64,000 nt of DNA, from positions 55,794,231-55,858,230 of the forward strand of contig NC_068997.1 in NCBI RefSeq assembly GCF_001194135.2, in the 5' to 3' direction. This DNA comes from Octopus bimaculoides (lineage: Eukaryota). Below, piece by piece: positions 25,501 to 39,679 of this stretch. The notes beneath the pieces are model-generated. The model worked only from the letters and a program-made list of their open reading frames with translations. It was not told where the DNA came from and did no database searches. The translations under genes and the position numbers were made by a program. The number at the start of each line of letters is the position of its first letter. Within the stretch, counting starts at the first letter, position 1.

Positions 25501-26204
25501 AATTTTCAAGTGAATGGTTCATTGGTTCATCATCTTCTACATGCCTTAACTTTTCAGTGGTAATACCCATATGTAATAATAAACATACCAGGTAATGACC
25601 ATACTCAGTAATACTTCTTTCCTTTGTGCTTTTGTTCCTTTTCTGATTTCCACCTGGCTATTGATTGGACTTTGTAATGATTCAATTAAAACATATGACA
25701 TTCCTGCAGGAAAAAATTATAGGTTCTTTCCATTTTGAGTTGAAATCCCATCAAAGATGATTTTGTATCCTTTTGGGGTGGATAAAATAAACAACCTGTC
25801 AAGTGTGAACGTGATAGAATTGGTTGTTTCTTCTGCCAAAATTCTGGTCTGGTGCCTTTGTTAGAAGGAATAAGGATATAGTTTTTAGATTAACATTAAA
25901 TATTGGGTTGATAAGGGGACATCCAATGAAAAATGATCATTCCTTTGTCTGTGTCTGCTTTAGCAATCATAATGCACAACTGCTTAAAGGATGAGGGTGT
26001 GTGTGTGTATACGTATGGGTGTATATGTGAGAGAAAGAGGGAGGGAGAGAGAGAGAGAGAGAGAGAGAGAAATGAAAGTAAATAATTTAAGCATTATGGG
26101 GAAAAAGCATTGAAAAATTGGGAGAAAGCAACAAAGAGGAAATGTGAGGATGAGAAGAGGAAGGGAAGCAGCAGGCCAAAAGCAGTAGATTAGTGTTGGT
26201 GTTG

Positions 26205-26236
<32 letters not shown>

Positions 26237-26789
26237 GCTAGGAAAATACCTCTGCCTGTATGTGTATTGTTGTGTAACACACAGCTGCAACAGGCAAACC
26301 CAGCTGTCATTATTACATAGCAATCTGTGAGGCCCACTTTACTTGTCATCCTTTGGGGATCGATAAAACAAGTACCAGTTATGCACTGGGGGTTAATGTA
26401 ATTGACTTAGCCCCCCCCCCCTCATCAAATTTCAGGCCTTGTGCTTATAGAAGGAAGGATTATTAGGCTGCAATGATTTTCAACTAATGACTTATGACTG
26501 ACTGAGTGACCAGATTAATGCCATTGCTAAAAGGAACTGAGTGACATATCACCACAACATAGTAACTCACTCCTTTAATGATAGACATGAGTAATGATAT
26601 ATTTAATGGATTACTTACTCACTTCAGTCAATCCTAATATCCTTAATATCTAATTGCTAAATATTTTGAAGAATTATTAATGGGCCCTTCAGATCCTTCA
26701 TAAAACCCAGGGCACCACCTCACCAGCCCTACATGCCAGTCAGTGTTGATATAGATCTCATTAAGGGAAAATGGCTAATGATGGCTGTA

Positions 26790-26990
26790 ATGATATATCA
26801 GTTGAATATTAAAGTATAGTGGGGTATGAGCTGAAAATTAATTTGTGTGGATGATACAACTATGTGAAATAATACTGTAATGATATATGAGTTGGATATT
26901 AAATGATATATGCAATGGATATTAAAGTGTGTTGATATATGAGATGGATATTAAACTATTCTTATATATATATGTGGGATATTAAACTAT
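26790..26990. repeat. Degenerate minisatellite, core tgatatatgagttggatattaaa x5 with variable spacers
   Basis: Cores at ~26792, 26881, 26904, 26933 and 26962. Confidence 0.75.
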
Positions 26991-29039
26991 ACAGACATAT
27001 GACAACCACACCAACAGACAAACATTTTAATGCCATTCCTTCTGCTAATGCAGTGAGGTTAGATTTGTGGGGTCTATGTCAGAGTCATCATGGTCCCTTT
27101 TTTGGAACAGTATTTTAGGGCTAGATACCCTCCCTGATGCCAACCATTCAGCTCAGCTCTTACAACAGACACTGTAGTTATTCTAATAACAGAATGTAGA
27201 GTGAGAGCAGGAGATTGATTTAATAATCAACTCATAGAAGAGGACGGGTTAATATGAAGCTTTCTAATATGTACTGAGATAAAATTGATATTAACTGAAG
27301 AGATTGAGCTACAATAGTGTTTCAGAAAATAAAAACAACTTAACTGAAATCATATAAATGTATTATTGACATAAACTTTGCTACTGAGAAAATAATAAAA
27401 TGTTTAATGAATTCATAGCAATATTTAATGGTGTGTCATGACTAAAATTAGATGCTGCCCAAAGAGAAACTGGATAATATTTCCATACCATTTTATTATG
27501 GGTTGAACAAGGGTGGTAGTTAGAATGAAGCATCACAGGTGGTGGGGTGGGGTGAAAATGTCCTGCAGCATTTGTTCTAGCTCTTTATACTCCAAGTTCA
27601 AATCTCACCAAGGTCAACTTAGCCTTTTACCCCACCCAGCTTGATGAAATAAAAAATAGCAGTCGAGTTGGCCGTATTCACTAAACACCTCCGCACAAAA
27701 CTACTGGCCTTCAATCTAAATTGTAATTAATTCATATTCCAACTCTTTACATTCTGAGTTCAAATTCCACGAAAGTCATCTTTGCTTTCATCCTTCCAGT
27801 GTTGATAAAATAATGAACCAGTCAAATCCAGGGGACAATGATATACGCTGGCTTAAACAATTATAGGGTATCCTTCATTAGCATTATTAATCAAGTGCCA
27901 ATCATAATGACAAGCTAACCAATTCCTTACAACACCATATTTATTCTTATAAGTTTGTGAGAGGAACCAGGACAGTGTTGATGATTCTTTTTAGGGTCTT
28001 CAGGAAAAAGTGGGGGAAGGGAGAAAGTTATCACCAGCTCAAAGACCAATACCAAATGTTTGTAATAGAGTGGACTTGTCTGAAAACACCAAAGGGCTGA
28101 GTATTTTTTACCAAAACATCAAAGTGTGTGAGTGTTTTATAAGACACACTGGACAGTATGTGATCCCTAGTCAGGAGGGAAAGCAATACTCCTGGTCCTT
28201 TACAGGGTCTCTGAGATTTGTGGGAGAAAAGGGAGGAAGGTGTTCCCAGGGATCTACTCAAGGAACTCAAAGTATGAGGTTGTGGTGTTTAAACCGGGTG
28301 ACGGATTAAGTCTAGCATTCTAGTAGGACATTCTAGGATTTGGACTCAGATGGCAAATGGTCAGAACAAATACTGCAAGACATCTGGTCTGACTTTATTA
28401 CAATTCAGTCATTCCACCATCTTGGAATCATACTTTTCTTATCAACCTTGAAAGGATAAAAGAGTCTCAATTCTCTGGTAATAGCAACCAAATCTCCATT
28501 AAATCATCCTCAACCAGCTTAAGGACAGATTGGAGAAAGCTAAATGTTGTAGATAAAAGAAAATAGTGGAATGGTCAAAACAAGAGAATCTTTGTGGAAA
28601 GGACAAAAGCTTGACCTAGGGCCCAAGAAACTAACAGGTAACTTTTTATCTATTCTAAAAATGTTAATAGTTCTGACATTTTGGGGGACACCATTATGGA
28701 TGATATTTGAGTTATCTAGATGGCCAGCAAGGGACTAGGGTTGAAGAGGAAAGCTTGCATTTGGGGTGCGGATTTAGTTATTCTATGGATGTGAGTTTGT
28801 AAAAAAAGATTATCAGAAATTGTAGGCAGATTAACATTAATATCTTTAAAACTTTCTGAAGGATTCATTATAAATTCAAAATTATTTTTGAAAAAAATTC
28901 TAGAAATACTTTCATGATGGAAATGCTTCTGTAATCTCTTATTACTTCATACTAATTCAAATAATTAAGGAAAATTGAGTTTGAATATATTAATTAGTCT
29001 CTTGACAGTAATGGCATCATCATGGCAAATTGGTGTTGA

Positions 29040-29305
29040 GTTTGATGACTGCTTTAGTGATCTGCTTTATTTCTACAGAACAATTTCTTCTTAACATTCT
29101 TCCTGAAATAACAGAATTACCATATTGAGTGTCAAAATATATCCAAAGATGTTTGGAGTTTTGTGTAGAGATCATTCTCTTATTCCTCATCTCAAATATT
29201 TGTGAACGTAAACTTGATCAATGCTGATTTTTAAAATGTCTGGACACAATTTGATAAAATATCTCAATGCCTTCACAAACCATGGATTGTGATGTTTATT
29301 TAACC
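29040..29305 (-). mobile_element. Possible decayed CR1/L2-type RT fragment
   Basis: IKLCPDI (cf. LKLNP.K) then SKHLWIYFD (cf. K.LG..FD) across a frameshift. Confidence 0.25.
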
Positions 29306-29454
29306 TGGTAAAAATATTGACTACATACTCATGTCTTTACTATCACAACCAAAAGAGGGGATGGCACTGCTAGACCTTACCAAAATTATATCGCTCTTTC
29401 TAGTTTCCTCACATGTCCTTGTTCTTATTATTATTATCATTATCACTGACAGCA

Positions 29455-29600
29455 GCAAGCTGATAGAACCATTAGGTAGGGCATCCAGCTGTAAAAACTC
29501 TGCCAGACCAGATTGGAGCCTGGTGCAACCATCTGGTTCACCAGTCCTCAGTCAAATCGTCCAACCCATGCTAGCATGGAAAGCGGACGTTAAACGATGA
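29455..29600 (+). mobile_element. Family C retroposon 3' end followed by (TTA)n
   Basis: gggcatccagctgtaaaaactctgcc..caacccatgctagcatggaaagcggacgttaaacgatga. Confidence 0.8.
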
Positions 29601-32435
29601 TTATTATTATTATTATTATTATTATTGTTATTATTATTATTGTTCAGGTCATTTGAGGACTATTCCACTGTTATTTTCAGCAGACTTAACAACACTGTAA
29701 AGCTTCCATTGTTGACTCACATAGATCCTAGTTTATGGATCGGGTGATTTCCATTTCTCAAATGACTTTTAATCTATGCAGTGTAAGTAATGGATTAAAA
29801 TTCTTGTTTTTACAAGAAAGATCAGGTGCATCCTATGATTCTGTCAATGGCAGTTATTAGTCCTCCCCCTCCTCCTCACACCATCCTTTGAGTGTCGACT
29901 TATGCACAAGTGACAAGAAAAGTAAAATAATTTAAATAGATAGTCATAGCAACAATAAGGTCTTTAAAAGGATCTTCACAAGAAGTGTTGCTCTTGGTAG
30001 ATAAACAAATAATGAGATCTTGATAAAATTGGTGAGAAGCAAACATTTAAATTGTAAAGATAGAGACATTGGAGTTTACAGAGAGTCACACACATGTACA
30101 AAGTTGATGATTCCTCGCTGATGGGTAAATTGTTGTTGAAGTTGAATGGAAGAACTGAGAGATGGAATAAGAAAATAAAACCTTTTTGATGTCCAAAGGT
30201 TGAAAGACAAGAACACAACAGCACAACAATAAAAATAGATGCAATTGATATTGTGTAACCAGTTTCCAAAGTTTACAAACTGACTTTCCTGGGGGCATAA
30301 GTCAAACATCAGTGATGATGCATTCAAGATATTCTAAAGATGGCCACCAATCACATTAAGGACAGAATACAGGAATCCCCATTCCACCCAGCCACAAATG
30401 AAGAACAAACAAGAGAGATAACCAAAAGTATGCGACAATTATTTACTTTGTAAAACAGTTGTCACATCAAAAAAGAATAGATTTGGTGATTAAAACAAAA
30501 AAATAATATAGAAAACAGACACTTTGGTAAAACAGTAAAATATTTTTTTTAACCCCAAATAGAAACTATTCTTTGTTAAGTAAAATCTGTGCATGAAATT
30601 CTTTATCATGAGAATCAAAAATGGAATTTGACAAGCAAAATAATAACTTGAAAGTGTTAAGATATTGCTATGGACAATAATTGTTTTAAAGTTCTATATT
30701 TAATAATTGTTTTGTAATGTTTAATTACATGATTCTGAATCTGATATCTAATACAATATCAAATGATCACATCTAATGAAAGTTGTATAGTTTTATGATG
30801 AAATCCTTTACTATTTATTTTTTTATTAAACTTGATTAAAACAAGGGTTATGATGAGTTAATCCTACTAATGATGTAACTGGAATCAACTAATTAATTTA
30901 TGATGCAACCGAATTTCACTGCAAAGTACTTTTTGTTTCTTTAATCCTTAAGAAAGGAACTGTCGGAAGTGAAGCAATCAAAATACTTCCCTTTATAAAT
31001 AAACAATGATTCCTGGCAGTTGAGAATATTCTACCAAAATATAGTTTTAAAAAACAATGATCTTTAAACTTTGCTTGAAGCAAAATAAGTCTTAAGGAAT
31101 CAAAAAAAAAAAAACTTTTTACAGAATTAAAAGAAAATGAAAAAATATATTCCTTTGAATCTCTGTAAAAATAAGTTGTATTTGTTTAAATATCTCTTCA
31201 TATCCCTACAATTAGAAATAATGTCTGTAATATATGTAAATGGAATCCTTCATGTCTATGCATATGTGAATGTATGCATGTGCTTGTTTGTGTGTGTGTG
31301 TCTGCCTTAGGATAATTGCAATGAAAATTGAGTTTAAAATCCCGTTTATATTGACTGTCTTTAAACTTTCATAAACAGACGTAACATTTCAACAATAGCT
31401 CATTATATTATCCTATTGTATTAAAATTGTATTAAATGCTCTTTCCTAACACTTTTCATATTAGAGTTGATGAATTGTTTGTTGGTTTGTATCTGTCAAA
31501 TTCATTTGAAATTTTAATAAATAAAATGTTTCGGTGATGTTTTCACTTTTATATCAAGTATTTATCCAGAAACAAAAAGATTACCATATTATCATGTCTT
31601 GGAAATAGAGAAGTAAATCTAAGACAAATAATTTGTTCAACCTCATCAAAGCCAAGGCAAATTTTAACTCTTCAGATCTTCACCATTTCTTCAATATTTT
31701 TGTGCAGAGTTCTTTTAATTCAATGACAAAGTGGATTATTGTTGCATGAAGAAATTCCACAATTGTTTTGAAGCTACAAGGTTGTTATTCTTCCAGATTT
31801 CCATGGATACACTTTTTATATGATTCACCCTGTGAAAATAAATTATTTCTCACTTAATCCCTGAAAACTAGATTAAATAGTGAGGGGCTCTGATAAAATT
31901 ATCTCATGATAAGACAAAAAAAAAAAGAAAACAGAAATAGAATTGATGGAAATATTACCCTATTGATTCCAGAGAGACAGTCATGAAATGTCTTCTGTGA
32001 TGTTGGAGCAATATTGCAATGATTTTATGGTTTCCATGTTTTTAGATACTAATTAATCTTTGGATTTTTCCTAATCTGGATTACTAACAGAATTTGAAGA
32101 TATACTGAATATGCTGTTCTATGAAATACTTAGAAAGACCATTCTAATGTTAGATAACAAAGAACTTTTATGATTTCGATGGTCCTATTTATAACAGCAG
32201 AACTCTGTTCCACTTTACTATGACATATAAGAAGGTTAAACAATGGCACTACCAATATTACAGACATGTTAACTGTCTATAATTAATTTTTTATTTGACA
32301 TACTTTAGAAATCCAGTTATCTGGCTTGGACTAAGACTTAGTTTTACTTTTGATATCATTGCCATACAAGACAGATAATAGTCAAATAAATTTGATCCTA
32401 TATGAAGAATATGTTTACCAAAGAATATGTTTATA

Positions 32436-32820
32436 GGCACAGGAGTGGCTGTGTGGTAAGTAGCTTGCTTATCAATCATATGGTTCCGGGTTCATTCCCA
32501 CTGCATGGCACCTTGGGCATCTTCTACTATAGCCTTGGGCTGATCAAAGCCTTGTGAGTGGATTTGGTAGACGGAAACTGGAAGAAGCCCGTCGTATATG
32601 TATGTGTGTGTATATGTTTGTGTGTCTGTGTTTGTCCCCCCAACATTGCTTGACAACCAATGCTGGTGTGTTTACGTCCCTGTAACTTAGCAGTTCGGCA
32701 AAAGTGACCAATAGAATAAGTACTAGGCTTACAAAGAATAAGCTCCGGGATTGATTTCCTCAACTAAAGGCAGTGCTCCAGCATGGCCACAGTCAAATGA
32801 CTGAAACAAGTAAAAGAGGA
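32436..32820 (+). mobile_element. SINE family A, full-length young copy
   Basis: A box tggctgtgtggt, B box gggttcattccc, core, (TG)n spacer, tail gcatggccacagtcaaatgactgaaacaagtaaaaga. Confidence 0.95.
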
Positions 32821-33708
32821 AAGATAAGTAGTAAGTTTGGATTAAAGACAATGGAATCTAGAAGCTGTTTATTGGGGGTTGTGGTGGGGGCTGTGTGTTT
32901 GATTGATACTTTGGTAAGTATCAATATAACTTTTAAAGACAGTATCAATAAATTGTAAAGAGAGATGGAAACTGCTTAAATTGTAGAAGCAGTTTGACAT
33001 TAATTCACGAATAATCAATGAGAAGTTAAACACACTGAATTAACGATATTGTATTAAAACTATATTTGAAGGCAAATCGATGAATCAGTCACTATATATA
33101 CGTGATTGGAAAATAAAGTAGAAATTTTGTAAAGTGTTACGAGTGAACTAGGGTTTAAATGCAGTTAGTTATAACAAAATAGAATTCCGAAGGGGAAAAT
33201 GTGTCTTTAATGATAGGGATATAACTATATTTATTAAATATGAAATGGAAGACACAAGAAAATTGTTTAATAAAGACAATGGATAGGTAAGGGAGAATAC
33301 ATTGGAATTCTTGGTAGTAAGTTTAAGTTAGAGACTGCGATAGAAACAATCAGGAAATAAGTGTGACAAATCTATTGAGCTTTTTATAAACTACAGAGTT
33401 CTGTACAATTAATAACTTCAAAAATTTCTCTAATAAAAAAGATGGTGGGATTTAGAAATATGTAAATGGTTGGAGCATAGTGATTGAGAAGAGGTTTTGA
33501 GAAATGGTTCTTTGTTTAAGTTTTTGATCTGCACTACCATGATCTTCTCTCTCTCACTCCCCCACCTCTCTTTGCCTTACCCTCCACCATCTAATCTTTA
33601 AAGATTAATAGTCTCAAGACAAATACTTTTTATTTATGTTCAAGTTTTTTGCTCTTTTATCTTAATTCAATTCACTCTCCATTTCCTTTGTACAAGTTAT
33701 CTTCATCC

Positions 33709-33711
<3 letters not shown>

Positions 33712-33756
<45 letters not shown>

Positions 33757-33790
33757 TGCACACACGCACGCACACACACACACACACGCA
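33712..33790. repeat. (CA)n microsatellite
   Basis: Direct repeat. Confidence 0.95.
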
Positions 33791-34020
33791 AATGCTTCCT
33801 CTCTCTTTTTCTCTCCTTCCCACAAACTTATTTAATCGTAACAGAGAGTATTCATTTCAAGGTTTCATCCTTGAAACTTGCTTCTCAAAACTGTTTTGTG
33901 AAACTTGCTTCAATGACAAAAATTGCAAAGCAAACAGTCTCTCTTAATCTTTTTCAATAATCAATAACAGCATTTTAGTCCTTCACTGTAGCAACTACAT
34001 AAACTTGTTAGTGAAGCCTT

Positions 34021-34054
<34 letters not shown>

Positions 34055-34262
34055 GCCACAGAACCTCTCAACACTAGACAATAATATCAAAGCATTGTCC
34101 AAGCCTAATTAGGTTGCCTATGAAGAAATATCAAAGTAAGTGATCCCCATGAATCCATAGACATTTTCCACTGAAGGACAATTCAGAATAATGAAACTAA
34201 GATATCAGAAATTCACAGTTCAGCATAACAAATGTGCATTCCCATCATCAGCTTCCCAAATA

Positions 34263-34319
<57 letters not shown>

Positions 34320-34333
34320 TAAGAAATCTGTAT

Positions 34334-35056
34334 ATCTTACTTGTGACTATATACTGTAAGAATGCCATAATACTGTTGTATCTGTCTTGAGAGTGCATCT
34401 CAAAAAGACATATAGTGCTAAAAAGCACAGAAGTATCAGTGGTAGATGAAAAGTGTTGTGCAGCCATGGTAGAATTGCTAGATCTAGGAATGTCTGCATA
34501 TATGCACATCATCAGCAGCAAATATCCACCATCTGCTCCATCCATCCATCCATCCATCCATCTATTTGTCCCGCAGGATACCCCAAGACTGTTTCCACAT
34601 GTTCTCCCTATTCATCTCGATCTTATATAATGGTCCTCAGCTCCTGTACCCCTTCCATACCAGTGTCCTCCAGCAAGTTGTCGATATAGGTCGTCTTCCT
34701 CCTTCTGTTAGTTGCCAGAGCACTAGCTTGTTAGCAATTTCATCAGCTAGCCCCATCTTTCTATGCTGTATCTTCAATGTTGCTTTTGGTAGTCCTTGGT
34801 GAAAAAAAAGCAGCAGTTAACCAATCATTGGGAAAATTTGCCTAAGCATGCAGTTGGTAGTGGATACTTGCTACTGATGATGCACAAATACACAGAAATC
34901 CCAGAATCTAGCAAATCCATCGCTACTACTGGACACTTTTCACTTGCTACTGTTACTTCTATGCTTTTTAGCACTATATGTCTCTACAGGAAGCCTTCTT
35001 AAGATGGATGCCATGATATTATGGTGTTTTTACAGTATATCCATATTTAGTAAGAT
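34334..35056. repeat. Long inverted repeat, ~200-bp arms (34334-34531 / 34855-35056)
   Basis: Arms align along their length, with a 22-bp perfect core (34406-34427 vs 34962-34983). Confidence 0.85.
34575..34800 (-). mobile_element. RTE-clade LINE C-terminal fragment inside the inverted repeat
   Basis: LPKATLKIQHRKMGLA..ANKLVLWQLTEG then TYIDNLLEDTG..ELRTII*DRDE. Confidence 0.75.
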
Positions 35057-36084
35057 GGACATATTGTTATTTGGAACTAATATGGCTTCCATCATTAATA
35101 ACAAATAAATTTATATGTATTTATATAATATATATATATCATGTATTATAGCTGGGTTTGGTAAGTATCTGATGAAGCGCCATTCCTTGATGTTCAGTCA
35201 CGTATTAATTTATCCAAGTGTTGTAGAATCTATTTACACATAGTCATTTATTTGTATTATATAAATTTTACTAAAACAATTTTAACAAATATTAAACTTA
35301 TGTTCAATTGATATCTTCACCTTCTTGTTTGCTAGTTATTAATGGGTAGAAAGATTGACAGACAGCTATATATTACAAAGAGAGATATATTAGGCAGATA
35401 AAATAGATAAATGCACAGACAAACACACACACATACACACATGTACACAATACCCAATAATTTCTGTCCATTGAAGCAGAAATGTCTTAAAGTTTGTATG
35501 TCAGCTTTTAGACCCAATTACTTTATCAATATAACTATTCCACTCAAGAATTGTGATGTTATAATTTACTGAAATATGAATAGTGAAGACAGACAATCTA
35601 GAATGAGTGGTTAGCAAAGATATCAAAACGATCTTGGAGATTTTGTGATATGAAATTGCAATGAATTTAATTAGGTAAAGAAAGCCTTATTATATAAGAA
35701 ATATATTAGTCACCACATGTTATAGAGTGCACTCCAGTATGAAGAACATGCATCATAAAGAAATAATTGCTTGTGTAAAAGATAATTCTACGAAGTATAC
35801 GCAAACAAAGGTAAATTAAGATTTGGGGAGGAGGTGGAGAGTGTAGGATGTTGTACATCACAGGTGAGATGACACAGATAGGGCAGTAAATTATTTAACA
35901 GACTTGTACAAACTATGAACATGGAGAAGCAAATAATGATAAAATTGATCGCTTTAGAGTTTTATTTCGATGCTGTACGCAAAGAAAGTTTATGGTTTAT
36001 CTGATGAAAGACGTCGCTTTCTTGTTGATGAGGAATATTATATAAAATTACTGATAAACGCAACTTGGCATCATAATAGCGAAG

Positions 36085-36104
36085 CTAATATACATACACA
36101 TATA

Positions 36105-36154
<50 letters not shown>

Positions 36155-36415
36155 CATACAAATATATATACATACATAGACAGGTATGTATGTGTATATA
36201 AATATAAACAGCTATATATATGCATATGCACATATACATATATACATGTATATGTAAGTGTGTATGTATATGTATATATCTATGCATAAGTGTATATCTA
36301 TGTATAGAAATATGTGTGTATACTTATAACCCATGTATATATATATACATATATGTGTGTGTGTGTGTATGTGTATATATAAATATATGTGTGTGTGTGT
36401 TTGTATGTATGTGTA

Positions 36416-36467
<52 letters not shown>

Positions 36468-36545
36468 TATATAGATGGATAGATAGATAGATAGATACAA
36501 ATATATGTATGCATACGTATATATGTATATGTACACACACACACA
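36085..36545. repeat. Compound (TA)n/(TG)n/(GATA)n microsatellite
   Basis: Direct repeats; source of several spurious YIYI ORFs. Confidence 0.95.
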
Positions 36546-37649
36546 CAAAGCTGTACATATCTCTCTATATATTGTTAGCTGGCTTTCATTGTTGTAGCAT
36601 AAGTAATATATTTTTCTGCTTTGTCAATAAACTACTTTCGTACTTATCTAACTCTTTATACAGAAATGTGAAGTTTTCTTTAAATTCATTTCCTGTTTTT
36701 TCTCTTAGATGAATAAACGCTTGTATCTAGAATTTCTAGTATCTTCATAAACTTTAGAAATATGCTAAATGCTGTTGGACAAACAATAGAAGATAATATA
36801 TTTCTTGAAATATAACTAATATCGGATTTCTAGTGCTACGTAGATTCCTTCACTATTAATCTACGTATGTAACAGCTAATGTTTGCTATTCACTACAGTG
36901 TTGTTTGTCATGTATGTTCAACATTCCAGTCTAGACTGTGTATATCAATTCTTTATTTGATTTGCTGTCTTTAAGTAGCTTCATTAATGTCTGTATTTGT
37001 CATAAGCAATCAGCAATATTTTCATTAAGTTGTTTTCTTTTTTTAACCATGTATTCTTCAAACATTCTGTCAGATGAAATTCACACCATATCCTAACTGT
37101 TTACATTTGTTTTGTTCGTGTCCTCATAACAGATTTTTATCCGACATATTTCCATTTTTAGTAATCAACATTGTTGGAATAGCCTTATTTCTGCAGTTAG
37201 AGAAAATATTCTTATGTTTTCGTGTTTGCAAAGTAGGTAACGAAATGCCAAACCAACATATCAACAACTTATTTGATTTAAATACATGTTTGATTAATTA
37301 CAAAGTATTACAATGACTTGTTGAGAAATGTTGTTTTGTTAAGAAAACAAACATTGAATCTAAGGAAAAATAAATCAAGTGTAACTCTTTGGGACTGGTG
37401 ATGCCCAGTCTGTTATTCTAAAACAGTATGTTTACAACTTGATCCTTGTATTCACTGAACATTTTAACCCTTTAGCATTTAAACTGGCCACATCCAAACC
37501 AAATATTCAACCTGTTTTATGTCAAATTGCCCCCGTTCTCTATTGGTATACTAAACATTGTGTTCAAAGGGTAACCTTACGCATGCATCACCAAAATATT
37601 TCCATGCCCCACCAGTGGGGCATGCACCCCACGTTGGGAATCATGGATT

Positions 37650-37752
37650 TAGCCCAAGACAGGAGTAGAAGACAGTTACTCAGGGTGTCACACAGTGGAA
37701 CTGAACCCAGAACCATGTGGTAGGAGGCAAGCTTCTTACCACACGGCCATGC
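37650..37752 (-). mobile_element. SINE family A head
   Basis: gtagaagaca..ggaactgaacccagaaccatgtgg..accacacggccatgc. Confidence 0.8.
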
Positions 37753-37778
37753 TTCTGCTTCTATTAACTAAATCTTAC

Positions 37779-38398
37779 CTCTTTCTGCTTCCTTTTCAAT
37801 ACAGTCAACCAAGAGGACAGCCTCACTCCACTCCATCTTATTTCCATAAAACAAAATGTCTCAGTGTCACATCTGTTCTTTCTGCTTCCTTTTCAATACA
37901 GTCAACCAAGAGGACAGCCTCACTCCACTCCATCTTATTTCCATAAAACAAAATGTCTCAGTGTCACATCTGTTCTTCNNNNNNNNNNNNNNNNNNNNNN
38001 NNNNNNNNNNNNNNNNNNNNNNNNNNNNNNNNNNNNNNNNNNNNNNNNNNNNNNNNNNNNNNNNNNNNNNNNNNNNNNNNNNNNNNNNNNNNNNNNNNNN
38101 NNNNNNNNNNNNNNNNNNNNNNNNNNNNNNNNNNNNNNNNNNNNNNNNNNNNNNNNNNNNNNNNNNNNNNNNNNNNNNNNNNNNNNNNNNNNNNNNNNCT
38201 CTTTCTGCTTCCTTTTCAATACAGTCAACCAAGAGGACAGCCTCACTCCACTCCATCTTATTTCCATAAAACAAAATGTCTCAGTGTCACATCTGTTCTT
38301 TCTGCTTCCTTTTCAATACAGTCAACCAAGAGGACAGCCTCACTCCACTCCATCTTATTTCCATAAAACAAAATGTCTCAGTGTCACATCTGTTCTTC
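37779..38398. repeat. 97-bp tandem repeat, 2 units each side of a 220-N gap (probable scaffolding duplication)
   Basis: Unit starts at 37784, 37881, 38204 and 38301; the 200 bp either side of the gap are identical. Confidence 0.9.
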
Positions 38399-38399
38399 T

Positions 38400-38765
38400 T
38401 GCTTTCTTCAGTCATTGGATTATGGCCATTCTGGGGCACTGCCTTGAAGGATTTTAGTTGAATGAATCAATCCCAGTACTTATGGATATTCTTAACTCTT
38501 GTACTTATTCTATCAGTCTCTTTTGCTGAACTCCTAAGTCACAATGATGTAAACAAAACAACATCGGTTGTCAAGCAGGGTTGGGTGTGACAAACACACA
38601 CACACACACACACATACAATGGGATTCTGCATAGTTTCTGCTTACCAAATTCACTCAGAAGGCTCTGGTTGTCTCTAATATCAGACACATGTACTTGTGC
38701 TGTACAGGGGGAGTGAACCAGAGATCATGTGGTTGCAAAGCAAGCTTCTTAACCACACGGCCATG
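38400..38765 (-). mobile_element. SINE family A
   Basis: ttcagtcattgg..ggggcactgccttgaag tail to cttaaccacacggccatg head. Confidence 0.85.
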
Positions 38766-39479
38766 ATTTAAAAAAAAAAAAAAAAAAAATTTTAATATTC
38801 CTTTTATTCCCAAAATATAAAGAGAATATGTAAATTCTAATTAGTCATTTTTGTGGATTTTCTTCATGCTGCTCTTCAAATACTAATATTGTTCTCTTGT
38901 TTTTCAAGAGCTTCTGAACATATTTAACAAATTTTCCTCGTTATAACCTTTATAAGGAAACTATTCCTTTCTCTTGGCTGTGGTTAATTATTAACTAATG
39001 ACATCCATCCAGGATGTAATAACATCAACAAGCTTTAATTACAGATGTCTTTTGGAAAATGACAAGGCACAAGAATCACTGTCTTTGTTTAGAATCAGCC
39101 ATAAAAGTATACAATAATTACTGTGGAATTAAACTAACATTGTACTTCATAAAACTATTTCTCTAAATCTTTTAATTATATGATAAGTATGACTGNNNNN
39201 NNNNNNNNNNNNNNNNNNNNNNNNNNNNNNNNNNNNNNNNNNNNNNNNNNNNNNNNNNNNNNNNNNNNNNNNNNNNNNNNNNNNNNNNNNNNNNNNNNNN
39301 NNNNNNNNNNNNNNNNNNNNNNNNNNNNNNNNNNNNNNNNNNNNNNNNNNNNNNNNNNNNNNNNNNNNNNNNNNNNNNNNNNNNNNNNNNNNNNNNNNNN
39401 NNNNNNNNNNNNNNNNNNNNNNNNNNNNNNNNNNNNNNNNNNNNNNNNNNNNNNNCTTGGCAAGCAAGCCAACATTGCC

Positions 39480-39655
39480 TCAGGTCAGTTGGCTAATCTG
39501 TCACAGGGTCACTCATTGATAGCTGAGAGCTGAGTGAAGTGCAACAATGTGAAATGAAATGTTTTACTCAAGAATACAACATGCCACCTGGTCTGGGAAT
39601 CGAACCCATGATCTAGTGATCTTGAGTGCAACACCCAAACCACTAGGCCACGCCT
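39480..39655 (-). mobile_element. SINE family D, 5' part
   Basis: gggaatcgaacccatgatct..aaccactaggccacgcc head. Confidence 0.75.
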
Positions 39656-39679
39656 ATTTATTTGACAGGTGCAAAGAAT

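Noticed and set aside
26790-26990. Repeat cores with variable spacers, superficially CRISPR-like
   Set aside because: Cores are degenerate, spacers irregular (0 to ~65 bp), there are no cas genes and the context is eukaryotic; it is a decayed minisatellite.
28010-28309. 99-aa plus ORF, possible Dong/R4 remnant
   Set aside because: Only a weak KAILL-like motif in another frame; too degenerate to call.
29120-29304. Minus-strand segment with good acceptor and GTAATT donor
   Set aside because: All frames are interrupted and the peptides fit a decayed LINE RT better than a host exon.
32830-33500. Possible Penelope ORF remnant (also weak RT-like words at 9520-9640 and 17520-17610)
   Set aside because: Only isolated short motifs and no continuous alignment I can defend.
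36001-36022. CTGATGA motifs here and at ~23042, ~35168 and ~56728
   Set aside because: No stem II followed by GAAA and no closing stem I, so not hammerheads.
35970-36558. Many ORFs of YIYI/CVCV type (also 2172, 21201, 45350 and 58038 regions)
   Set aside because: Translations of dinucleotide and tetranucleotide microsatellites.
37856-39533. Long ORFs spanning X runs (also 61784-62252)
   Set aside because: Open only because they cross N gaps.
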